Below are positions 25,496 to 32,000 of a stretch of 32,000 nucleotides of DNA, one piece after another. The DNA comes from an uncultured archaeon (lineage in GTDB: Archaea; Iainarchaeota; Iainarchaeia; Iainarchaeales; 0-14-0-20-30-16): NCBI GenBank assembly GCA_964565725.1, contig CAZMGA010000004.1, forward strand, positions 1-32,000, written 5' to 3'. Positions within the stretch are counted from its first letter, which is position 1, and every line of letters begins with the position of its first letter. A program made the position numbers and the translations under genes. Below the pieces are notes generated by a model, which was not told the origin of the DNA, ran no database searches, and saw only the letters and a list, made by a program, of their open reading frames with translations.

Positions 25496-26035
25496 TTAAT
25501 TTTCTATTTGATTCTTTAAAACTCTTCCTTTAGGGATTTGATTTTTAATTTTATTTTGAGATAATAAGCCAACACCTAAAACATCTTTTTTGTATTTTAA
25601 AATAACATAATTATTTTTATACTCTTTTTCTTGAGTTTTATCTAAATCATATCCATGAATATATTGATTATATTCTTTTTCATTTAATTCGTAAATATTT
25701 TCTTTAATGTTATTATTTAAATAAATTGCAAAATTACTTGTTATTTTTGGGACTTCTAAATAATTTCTTAATGCTCTAAAACCTATAGAATTAATTGTTA
25801 TACCTTTATTTGAAAAAGGTATAAAATTTTTAGTTTTTTTATTTGTAATCCAAACATCATTTCCTTTTTTTAAAAAATTATAACTTTCCAAAAAATTTAT
25901 TTCTATACCATATATTTCATTTAAAAAACTATAAATTCTTTTAATATCTATTTTTTCTAGTTCTTCATATTCAGATATTATTTTTTTGTCATCTTGCATA
26001 CGAAAAAACCTTCTATCTTTGCCTTTTGTGGCCAT
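25496..26035 (-). CDS. RsmF-type C-terminal (PUA-like) domain, separate ORF in the -1 frame relative to the methyltransferase ORF
   Basis: The C-terminal YVILKYKKDVLGVGLLSQNKIKNQIPKGRVLK resembles the PUA-like tail of RsmF-type enzymes (...LG.G......KN..PK..R). The first 18 codons overlap the upstream ORF, and no SD precedes its ATG. Confidence 0.6.
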   Translation of the reverse strand: MATKGKDRRFFRMQDDKKIISEYEELEKIDIKRIYSFLNEIYGIEINFLESYNFLKKGNDVWITNKKTKNFIPFSNKGITINSIGFRALRNYLEVPKITSNFAIYLNNNIKENIYELNEKEYNQYIHGYDLDKTQEKEYKNNYVILKYKKDVLGVGLLSQNKIKNQIPKGRVLKNQIEN

Positions 26036-26937
26036 ATTCTCACACTCTTTTTAACTTCTGAATTATATTCTATATTATTATAATTAGTTATTCCATTAGA
26101 TGTATTTAAACCTTCAAATTTTAAATTTTCTACCTTTAAATCATATTTTTCTAAAGCGTAATTAATGATTTCTTCATTTTCTTCTGGAGATAACGTACAA
26201 GTAGAATAAATTAATGTTCCATTTGGTTTTAATGCAGTATATGCTGAATCAAATAATTGTTTTTGTAAAATAGATAATTGTGAAACTTTATTTTGAGACC
26301 AAGCATACCTTGACTTAATTTCTTTTTGAAATGTACCTTCACTTGAACATGGCGCATCCAATAATACTTTGTCAAAAATTTCTGGAAAATTTTTAAATTT
26401 TCTACCATCATTTCTTGTAATTATGCAATTCAAACAACCAGATCTATCTAAATTTTCTTGCAATGATTTAATTCTTTGTATTAATGGTTCATTAGCAACA
26501 ATTAAACCTGTATTATCTAAATGCATCGCAATTTCTGAAGTTTTTGATCCTGGTGCAGCACACATATCTAAAATATACTCTTCTTTTTGTGGATTTAAAG
26601 CAATTACTGGCAACATAGATGATGTTTCTTGAACATATATTTTGCCTAAAAAATGTTCTAAAGTATTTCCTATTCTTATGTTTTCATTTTTAGATATAAA
26701 ATAACCATATTTATACCAAGGCATTTGTTCCAAAATAAAACCTTGTTCTTTTAAACAGCCTACTATGTTTTCTGGTTTGTCTTTTAAAATATTTATTCTA
26801 ATGCTTTTTTTTAGCGGACTGTCTAGTGTTTTTAATAACTCTTCTAATTCTTCATTATTTAACAATTTAGACATTTTATCTACAAAATCTTTAGGAAAAA
26901 ACATAAAATCACAGAATACATTTATAAACTTTTTCAA
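25978..26937 (-). CDS. NOL1/NOP2/Sun (RsmB/RsmF) family RNA cytosine-C5 methyltransferase, catalytic domain
   Basis: SAM-binding ILDMCAAPGSKT, catalytic motif IV DKVLLDAPCSSEGT, motif VI LIYSTCTLSPEENE, and the terminal RIWPQKAKIEGFFVCKM. Ends at a TAA directly after an A7 run. Confidence 0.9.
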   Translation of the reverse strand: MKKFINVFCDFMFFPKDFVDKMSKLLNNEELEELLKTLDSPLKKSIRINILKDKPENIVGCLKEQGFILEQMPWYKYGYFISKNENIRIGNTLEHFLGKIYVQETSSMLPVIALNPQKEEYILDMCAAPGSKTSEIAMHLDNTGLIVANEPLIQRIKSLQENLDRSGCLNCIITRNDGRKFKNFPEIFDKVLLDAPCSSEGTFQKEIKSRYAWSQNKVSQLSILQKQLFDSAYTALKPNGTLIYSTCTLSPEENEEIINYALEKYDLKVENLKFEGLNTSNGITNYNNIEYNSEVKKSVRIWPQKAKIEGFFVCKMTKK

Positions 26938-27008
26938 ATAAATAATATTTCAGTTATAATAATTATAACAATACTTGTTTTTAAAGTATTACCTTTTTAG
27001 ACCTTTGT

Positions 27009-27082
27009 GGTCCCTTAGCTCAGTCTGGTAGAGCAACGGGCTTTTAACCCGTGTGTCGTGGGTTCGAATCCCACAGGGATCA
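27009..27082 (+). tRNA. tRNA-Lys (anticodon UUU), 74 nt, no encoded CCA, no intron
   Basis: Hand-folded cloverleaf: GGTCCCT/TA/GCTC-AGTCTGGTA-GAGC/A/ACGGG-CTTTTAA-CCCGT/GTGTC/GTGGG-TTCGAAT-CCCAC/AGGGATC/A. Confidence 0.9.
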
Positions 27083-27160
27083 TATTTTTAAATAAAATCT
27101 TATTTTATATTTTCTATTTTAATCCGTTTAATATATATATTTTTTGTTTTTATTCTTATA

Positions 27161-28279
27161 ATGACTTACAATATTTTATTTGGAATTTGTTCTTTAGGTA
27201 CTGGACATGTAGCTAGAATATTGCCTTTAATTAAAGAATATTTAAAACAAGGAAACAATATTTATGTGTTATCTGAAAAGAACGTTATTGAGTTTTTAAA
27301 AAATGATTTGGCACAAGAATTTCCAAAAAACAAAAATTATTTTTTGTTTGAGAAAGAAAAAGTTTATCCTAAATTTGAACGTGGAAAAAATATGTTAACC
27401 TATAAATTAAATTTAATTATAGATGGATTAAAAATGCCACATAGAATAAAATCTGAAAATAAAATTGTAGAAGAATTTGTTAAAAAATATAACATAGATT
27501 TTACTATTGGTGATGGGGATTATTCTATGTACTCTAAACAAGTTCCTAGTTTTATGTTTATTCATCAAATTGAGTTTATGTTTAGAGGATTATTTTATAT
27601 TGCTAGAAAAATATCTAGTTATTTTAATTTAAGTATATTCAAAAAATATACTCAAGTTTTTGTTTATGATATAAACGGAGAAAATAGTTTATCTGGAAAA
27701 TTAGCACATAATTGGTTTGCAAAGAAAGCAAATGTGAAATATATAGGTATAACAAGTCATTACAAAAAAATAGCTGTAGAAAAAGATATAGACTATTTAG
27801 TAATAATTAGTGGTTATTTAGCAGAACATAAAGTAGATTTTTATAATAAATTAATAAAAATATTAGAAAAAAAACCAGGTAAAAAAATATTTATTATGGG
27901 AGATTACGTTAATGATTATCATAAAAAATTAAAAGGTAATATAGAAGTATATTCTTCATACAAAGGTTTAGATAAACATAAAATATTTAATAGAGCAAAA
28001 ATGATTGTTTCTAGAACAGGATATACTACATTAATGGATTTGATTGAATTTGAAAAACCAGCAGTTTTAATACCTACTCCACATCAAAGCGAACAAGAAT
28101 ATCTTGCTCAATATCATAAAAATAAAGGTTATTTTAATATAGTTGATTCACAAAAAAAATTATCTGAAAAAACATTCATAATAAATAAACACAATACAAG
28201 AAAACTATATAAAAATAATTTTGGTAAAAGTGAAAATAATATAAGAGATGTAATAAAATCAATTTCTAAACATTTATAA
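27161..28279 (+). CDS. glycosyltransferase, MurG/GT28-like (GT-B fold; MJ1255-like family)
   Basis: N-terminal Gly-rich loop GICSLGTGHVARILPLI and C-terminal nucleotide-sugar binding region VSRTGYTTLMDLIEFEKPAVLIPTPHQSEQEYLA. Confidence 0.7.
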   Translation: MTYNILFGICSLGTGHVARILPLIKEYLKQGNNIYVLSEKNVIEFLKNDLAQEFPKNKNYFLFEKEKVYPKFERGKNMLTYKLNLIIDGLKMPHRIKSENKIVEEFVKKYNIDFTIGDGDYSMYSKQVPSFMFIHQIEFMFRGLFYIARKISSYFNLSIFKKYTQVFVYDINGENSLSGKLAHNWFAKKANVKYIGITSHYKKIAVEKDIDYLVIISGYLAEHKVDFYNKLIKILEKKPGKKIFIMGDYVNDYHKKLKGNIEVYSSYKGLDKHKIFNRAKMIVSRTGYTTLMDLIEFEKPAVLIPTPHQSEQEYLAQYHKNKGYFNIVDSQKKLSEKTFIINKHNTRKLYKNNFGKSENNIRDVIKSISKHL

Positions 28280-28945
28280 ATCTGAAATGGTTTTAATCTC
28301 TATGTTATCGTAAGGCTTTTTTTGTTTTAAACTTATTTTATTTTCATTATTTAAAAGAAGTAAACTTATTATTAATGAATTAGTAGTTTTAATATTATTT
28401 TTTAATTCAAAATATGTTGTTTCTTTTTTATTTTGTAAAAAATCATAAATTCTTGTTTTTAATTTAAAATAACTTTCAATTTTTATTAAATAGTCAAAAT
28501 TTTTTTTTCTTTTTTCTTTGCCTTTGTTATCTACCCTATAAAACATATTTTTTAATTTTTTTTCTAATTCTAAAAGTTCATTATATTTTGCAATTAATTC
28601 TTCATTTTCAGGTAAATTTTCTAAAGGATTTTCATTTAAGTTTTGAATTTCATTTAATTCTTCTTTTATATTTTGTTCTAATTCTCTTAAACCAATTCTT
28701 CTTGCTTTACTTTTTAATAATATTGTACAAATTAAAACAATTAATGATGCATGTTTTAAATTTTCTTTGTCATATGCATCTTGAATAAGTTTATCTAATA
28801 ATTCGGAAACATTTAAATCCCAGATATTCATGCCATATTTTCTTATTAAATTGTGTAAAGTATTTTGCCAGGTATTTTTTTCAATTAATTCAAAAAATTC
28901 ATTTAGTGTTTTTTGGTTTATATCTTCTTTAATCATAATCATCAA
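28274..28945 (-). CDS. scpA: ScpA-like kleisin (segregation and condensation protein A)
   Basis: The N-terminal region MNIWDLNVSELLDKLIQ...ASLIVLICTILLKSKARRI parallels the ScpA signature (I.D.PI..IT.QYL.Y....AAEYL.MAA.L..IKSR.LL). Acidic middle, helical C-terminus. The ORF-track start is a TTG; the ATGs at 28942 and 28936 are alternatives. Confidence 0.5.
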   Translation of the reverse strand: MMIMIKEDINQKTLNEFFELIEKNTWQNTLHNLIRKYGMNIWDLNVSELLDKLIQDAYDKENLKHASLIVLICTILLKSKARRIGLRELEQNIKEELNEIQNLNENPLENLPENEELIAKYNELLELEKKLKNMFYRVDNKGKEKRKKNFDYLIKIESYFKLKTRIYDFLQNKKETTYFELKNNIKTTNSLIISLLLLNNENKISLKQKKPYDNIEIKTISDL

Positions 28946-28948
28946 GTA

Positions 28949-28974
28949 ATAATATATCTAAAAATATATAAATT
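28949..28974 (-). promoter_or_regulatory. second copy of the 26-nt TATA-containing motif, 4-30 nt upstream of the scpA-like start
   Basis: ataatatatctaaaaatatataaatt here versus ataatatatctataaatatataaatt at 18309..18334 (25/26). The TTTATATA box lies about 20-26 nt from the start codon, which implies a leaderless mRNA. Confidence 0.4.
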
Positions 28975-29010
28975 GTTTTTTGGAATACGTTTATTTCCAA
29001 AATTTAGTTA

Positions 29011-29083
29011 TGAAGCCACTGGGACTCGAACCCAGATAAACGGGGCCGAAACCCGTTAGGTTATCCGATTACCTCATAGCTCC
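29011..29083 (-). tRNA. tRNA-Arg (anticodon UCG), 73 nt, no encoded CCA, no intron
   Basis: Hand-folded from the reverse complement: GGAGCTA/TG/AGGT-AATCGGATA-ACCT/A/ACGGG-TTTCGGC-CCCGT/TTAT/CTGGG-TTCGAGT-CCCAG/TGGCTTC/A. There are two G-U pairs in the acceptor stem. Confidence 0.85.
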
Positions 29084-29207
29084 ATAAATATATTATGCCT
29101 AAATCTTTATAATCTTATAATTGGTTAAATGCTTCGAAACATATAAAAAGGTAGCGTGTCAATAATATATATTACTTATTTTAAGTTATATAATAAAGGT
29201 GATTTTA

Positions 29208-29357
29208 ATGGCTATTTGTGTGAGCTGTAAAAAAGACGTAGATAAATATGTTAAATTTAAATGCCCAGAATGTGGTGCAGAAATAGTAAGATGTTCTAAA
29301 TGTAGACTTTTAGAAATAGATTATAAATGCCCTAAATGTGGTTTTAAAGGTATATAG
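29208..29357 (+). CDS. small Zn-ribbon protein (49 aa), of the kind conserved upstream of aEF-1beta in archaea
   Basis: Hand translation: [49 protein letters not shown], with four CxxC pairs. AGGTGA SD at 29197..29202. Missed by the ORF track (under 60 aa). Confidence 0.7.
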   Translation: MAICVSCKKDVDKYVKFKCPECGAEIVRCSKCRLLEIDYKCPKCGFKGI

Positions 29358-29366
29358 GTGTTTTAA

Positions 29367-29627
29367 ATGGGAGATATATTATTAGTTTATGAAGTAACTT
29401 TAGAAGATCAAGAATTAATTGATAAAGTAGAAGAAGCAATAAAAAAAATAACTGTTGGACAATTACAAGAAGTTAAAAGAGCGCCATTTGTTTTTGGAAC
29501 TGAATTATTAAGGGTTGCAATTATTGTGCCTGATAAAACAGATGGAATTTCTGATGCTGTTGAAACATTTTTAAATAGCATTGAAGGTGTGTCTTCTATA
29601 AATAATGTTGCAACAACTTTAATTTAG
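29367..29627 (+). CDS. ef1b: translation elongation factor aEF-1 beta
   Basis: 86 aa. The MGD start, ...KRAPFVFGTELLRVAIIVPDKTDGISDAVETFLNSIEGVSSINNV matches the aEF-1beta pattern (IAFGLKAL.....V.D.EGGTD..EE.L..IEGV.SVEV). AGGTG SD at 29356..29360. Confidence 0.85.
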   Translation: MGDILLVYEVTLEDQELIDKVEEAIKKITVGQLQEVKRAPFVFGTELLRVAIIVPDKTDGISDAVETFLNSIEGVSSINNVATTLI

Positions 29628-29635
29628 GTGAATAT

Positions 29636-30223
29636 ATGGTATTTATTGGAGATATAATAGCAAGAGAAGAAGAATACATAGGTGGTAGAGGTACTTATGT
29701 TGATGACGAAGGAAATATACGCGCAACAGTAATAGGCAAAGTAAATAAAAATGATGAAAAAAAAATAATATCTGTTAGAGGAAAAATGAATTTAGCAAGA
29801 AAAGGAGATTATGCTTTTGGTTTTGTAAGTGATGTTAAAGATAAAGTAATAATGATAAAAATTCAAGAAATTAAAGATCCAAAAAATAATTCTAAAGCTA
29901 TGTTAAAAAATTCAGGAATTATATTTATTCAAAATTTAAGTAATGGTTTTTTAGACAACCCTAAACAAGCAATTAAAATTGGAGATTTAATAAGAGCACA
30001 AGTAATTGATGAAGATGCAACCGCATATATTTTGAGTTTAAAAGAACCAAATTGTGGAGTATTTTTAGCAAAATGTTCTTCTTGTAGATCTGATTTAAAA
30101 TTTAAAGCAAAAGATAAAAATAGTAAAGATTTGGCATTGATGGTTTGTCCGAAATGTAATAATTTAGAAACTAGAAGAATTACTAGAGATTATGTTTATG
30201 GGAGTGATTTAAATGAAAATTAA
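29636..30223 (+). CDS. csl4: exosome complex RNA-binding subunit Csl4 (N-terminal domain, S1 domain, C-terminal Zn ribbon)
   Basis: EEYIGGRGTYVDDEGNIRATVIGKV (Csl4 N-terminal domain), an S1-like KGDYAFGFVSDV...IGDLIRAQVID segment, GVFLAKCSSC...CPKCNNLETRR (Zn ribbon). AGGTGA SD at 29626..29631. Adjacency to rpoL is conserved in archaea. Confidence 0.85.
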   Translation: MVFIGDIIAREEEYIGGRGTYVDDEGNIRATVIGKVNKNDEKKIISVRGKMNLARKGDYAFGFVSDVKDKVIMIKIQEIKDPKNNSKAMLKNSGIIFIQNLSNGFLDNPKQAIKIGDLIRAQVIDEDATAYILSLKEPNCGVFLAKCSSCRSDLKFKAKDKNSKDLALMVCPKCNNLETRRITRDYVYGSDLNEN

Positions 30224-30503
30224 ATTTATTGAAGAAACTTCTGAAAAATTAAAATTTGAATTATTAGATTCAAAATATACTATACCAGAAATGTTAAAAA
30301 ATCAATTATTAACACATAAAGAAGTAATTATGGCTTCAGGATTATTAGAACATCCAGAAGATAATAAATGTATTTTTGTATTAACTGTAAAGAAAGGATC
30401 AAATCCAAGAGAAATTTTAATTAAAACAATAGAAGAATTACAAAAAGAAGTTTTAGATTTTAAAAATCAAATGATTAAAGAATTACCAAAAGATAAAAAA
30501 TAA
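30213..30503 (+). CDS. rpoL: DNA-directed RNA polymerase subunit L (Rpo11)
   Basis: MKIKFIEETSEKLKFELLDSKYTIPEMLKNQLL...LLEHPEDNKCIFVLTVKKGSNPREIL parallels the Rpo11 consensus (.I.I.E....L.FEL.GEDHT..N.LR.EL....V.FA.Y..EHP......). 11-nt overlap with csl4. Confidence 0.8.
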   Translation: MKIKFIEETSEKLKFELLDSKYTIPEMLKNQLLTHKEVIMASGLLEHPEDNKCIFVLTVKKGSNPREILIKTIEELQKEVLDFKNQMIKELPKDKK

Positions 30504-31372
30504 TGGTTCTTATGAAATTCTGGAAATATTTTGATTTATTTTATCCTTATGATAAACTAATTGAATTTCTCAAAAAAAAAGGTTTTGAAAATAAACCTTT
30601 ATCTTATTTTATTTTTATAATTTATGCTTTATTATTAGCATTTATTCTTTTAAAATTATTGGCTTTAATATTGGGCTCGCATGAAGCAATGATGATAGTA
30701 GTATCAGGATCTATGGAACCAAAATTAAATGTTGGAGATATAGTTGTTTTGTTTAGTCCTAAAACAATAAATACTAATTATATAGATTTAAATATGAACA
30801 TCAAAGATGTACCTATAAGTAATTATGCTGTAGCCAAATATAATATTCCTGATTTAAATTTAATTTTAAATAATTCTGAAATGGTTTATTTTATGCTTTA
30901 TTATAATTTTTTAGAAAAAAATTGTATTGATAAAAATTGTTTATTAACTGATTTTTATTATAATAAAAAATCAGCAGATTTTGAATATGTAAAAAAAATG
31001 TATCTTTCAAAAAAATATAATTTTTATGATTTAAATTTATATATTGATAATAAATTAGTAAACTTAGATAATACTTCTGATATCGTGGTTTATTATTCAG
31101 AATTACAAAAAAAAGAAATAATCCATAGAGCAGTATTAGGAATAAATGCTTTGGATGGTACATATTATTTAACAAAAGGAGATAACATAAAAACAAATTT
31201 TTTATTTGATGCTGATGGGGGGTTTTATATAAATAATCAAAAAGAATTATTTAAAGTGGATTATATTTATCCTTCAGCTTTGCCTAAAGAAAAGCTTTTA
31301 TCTAAACATCTATTTAAAATTCCTTTTTTGGGTTGGGTTAAATTAGGCCCTGCAAAACTATTTGGATTTTAA
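30503..31372 (+). CDS. signal peptidase I, archaeal/ER Sec11 type (S26B), with a large internal insertion
   Basis: N-terminal TM anchor, catalytic Ser box VVSGSMEPKLNVGDIVV, His box EIIHRAV, and TKGDN box YLTKGDNIKTN. TAATG 1-nt overlap with rpoL. Confidence 0.85.
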   Translation: MVLMKFWKYFDLFYPYDKLIEFLKKKGFENKPLSYFIFIIYALLLAFILLKLLALILGSHEAMMIVVSGSMEPKLNVGDIVVLFSPKTINTNYIDLNMNIKDVPISNYAVAKYNIPDLNLILNNSEMVYFMLYYNFLEKNCIDKNCLLTDFYYNKKSADFEYVKKMYLSKKYNFYDLNLYIDNKLVNLDNTSDIVVYYSELQKKEIIHRAVLGINALDGTYYLTKGDNIKTNFLFDADGGFYINNQKELFKVDYIYPSALPKEKLLSKHLFKIPFLGWVKLGPAKLFGF

Positions 31373-31412
31373 TTGTTTTAATTTGTAAATAACATTAAAA
31401 AATAAAAAATAG

Positions 31413-31432
31413 AAAAGTGCGTTTGCACTTTT
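31413..31432. terminator. perfect 8-bp hairpin (aaaagtgc-gttt-gcactttt) between convergent genes; bidirectional terminator candidate
   Basis: This is the only GC-containing perfect stem-loop seen in an intergenic spacer. It is flanked by A-runs upstream and T-runs downstream, so it reads as hairpin plus oligo-U on both strands. Confidence 0.45.
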
Positions 31433-31435
31433 AAT

Positions 31436-31834
31436 TTACTTAACTCTAATTATTCTAACTTTGTCGTCATCTCTTAAGTATTCAATTTCTGAACCATTTG
31501 TTATTTTGCTTAAAATTTCTGCTTCTTTTGGTTTTGGACTAGAAAATGTTTCATAAGATTGTAAATCCATTATTTGATAACTTTCTCCCATATCTGCTAC
31601 AACTTGTGCATTTCCTCTATCTACAATAGGAGATTTTACTTCGTCTCCACCAGAATATAAGGCATTACATTTCTTATCTGTAAAAACATCTACAGCAACT
31701 ATTCTTATTTTTGCTGCTCCGTGTTTTCCTGGTTTTGAATGATCTAAAGAAGTAATTTTACAAGGTAAACCTTCAATATCTATTAGGTTTCCTACTTTTA
31801 GACTATTTACTGCAATATATTTGAAATCTGACAT
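31436..31834 (-). CDS. eif5a: translation initiation factor 5A (aIF5A)
   Basis: The hypusination loop SKPGKHGAAKIRIVAVDVF is diagnostic. The 132-aa length is typical. Confidence 0.95.
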   Translation of the reverse strand: MSDFKYIAVNSLKVGNLIDIEGLPCKITSLDHSKPGKHGAAKIRIVAVDVFTDKKCNALYSGGDEVKSPIVDRGNAQVVADMGESYQIMDLQSYETFSSPKPKEAEILSKITNGSEIEYLRDDDKVRIIRVK

Positions 31835-31935
31835 TATCTCACCTTTTAAATAGTAATTATTAAATACTTATAAAATAAATTCAAAAGTGTTTATAAATCC
31901 TCTTGTAAATACTTATTTTAAAAAGTTTGCTATAT

Positions 31936-31954
31936 TAATATATAATATATTAGT
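31936..31954 (+). promoter_or_regulatory. third copy of the TAATATATAATATAT core motif (plus TAGT after a 1-nt insertion)
   Basis: The 15/15 core is identical to 679..693 and 12289..12303. It lies about 100 nt from the eif5a start and faces whatever begins beyond the window end. Confidence 0.3.
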
Positions 31955-32000
31955 TGTTGGAAACGAAATTAATATAAATACTTTGAGGTAAATTTATTTA

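Noticed and set aside
27009-29083. The segment between the two tRNA genes (glycosyltransferase and scpA-like gene) as an integrated element or genomic island
   Set aside because: There is no integrase, no direct repeat of a tRNA 3' end, no composition shift visible by eye, and the cargo looks like ordinary chromosomal genes.
29084-29207. Slightly GC-richer stretch (gcttcgaaac...ggtagcgtgtc) between tRNA-Arg and the Zn-ribbon gene as a small RNA (e.g. a C/D box sRNA)
   Set aside because: There are no C (RUGAUGA) or D (CUGA) boxes, no convincing stem, and no second copy. It most likely holds promoter sequences for the two divergent genes.

Overview
This is a very AT-rich, gene-dense archaeal chromosomal segment. 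It carries archaeal informational genes: Orc1/Cdc6, RpoK, RpoL, aIF5A, aEF-1beta, uL16 (L10e), eS17, Csl4, a class-I CCA-adding enzyme, RNase Z, XPD and Lhr. The proteins are N/K/I-rich, many genes overlap by 1-8 nt, and there are essentially no metabolic genes. From this I infer (inference only) a small-genome, DPANN-like archaeon using the standard genetic code; TAA, TGA and TAG all terminate well-supported genes. I call about 45 CDS, 2 tRNAs (Lys-UUU and Arg-UCG, neither with an encoded CCA), recurrent AT-rich promoter-like motifs and a few terminator candidates. I saw no CRISPR array, rRNA, transposase or integrase. The ORF track misses two conserved small genes: rpoK (3596..3757, hidden under an antisense shadow ORF) and a Zn-ribbon gene (29208..29357). 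The most interesting observations are: (1) A putative cell-surface island at 7281..10647. It holds a minimal archaeosortase-family protein, a perfectly periodic decapeptide-repeat gene interrupted by a single in-frame TAA, and a convergent five-gene operon encoding four proteins with class III (type IV pilin-like) signal peptides. (2) A CCA-adding enzyme fused to an N-terminal Nob1-like PIN nuclease domain, divergently paired with RNase Z. (3) An RsmF/NOL1-NOP2-Sun RNA m5C methyltransferase split exactly at an A_AAA_AAA slippery heptamer, where a -1 shift restores a full-length enzyme. (4) A translationally coupled LonB-SPFH (stomatin) pair. (5) A uL16 with a histone-tail-like Lys/Ala/Pro C-terminal extension, plus a nearby SD-preceded 20-aa mini-ORF that repeats the end of that tail. 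All functional calls rest on motif recognition by eye. No database search was run.
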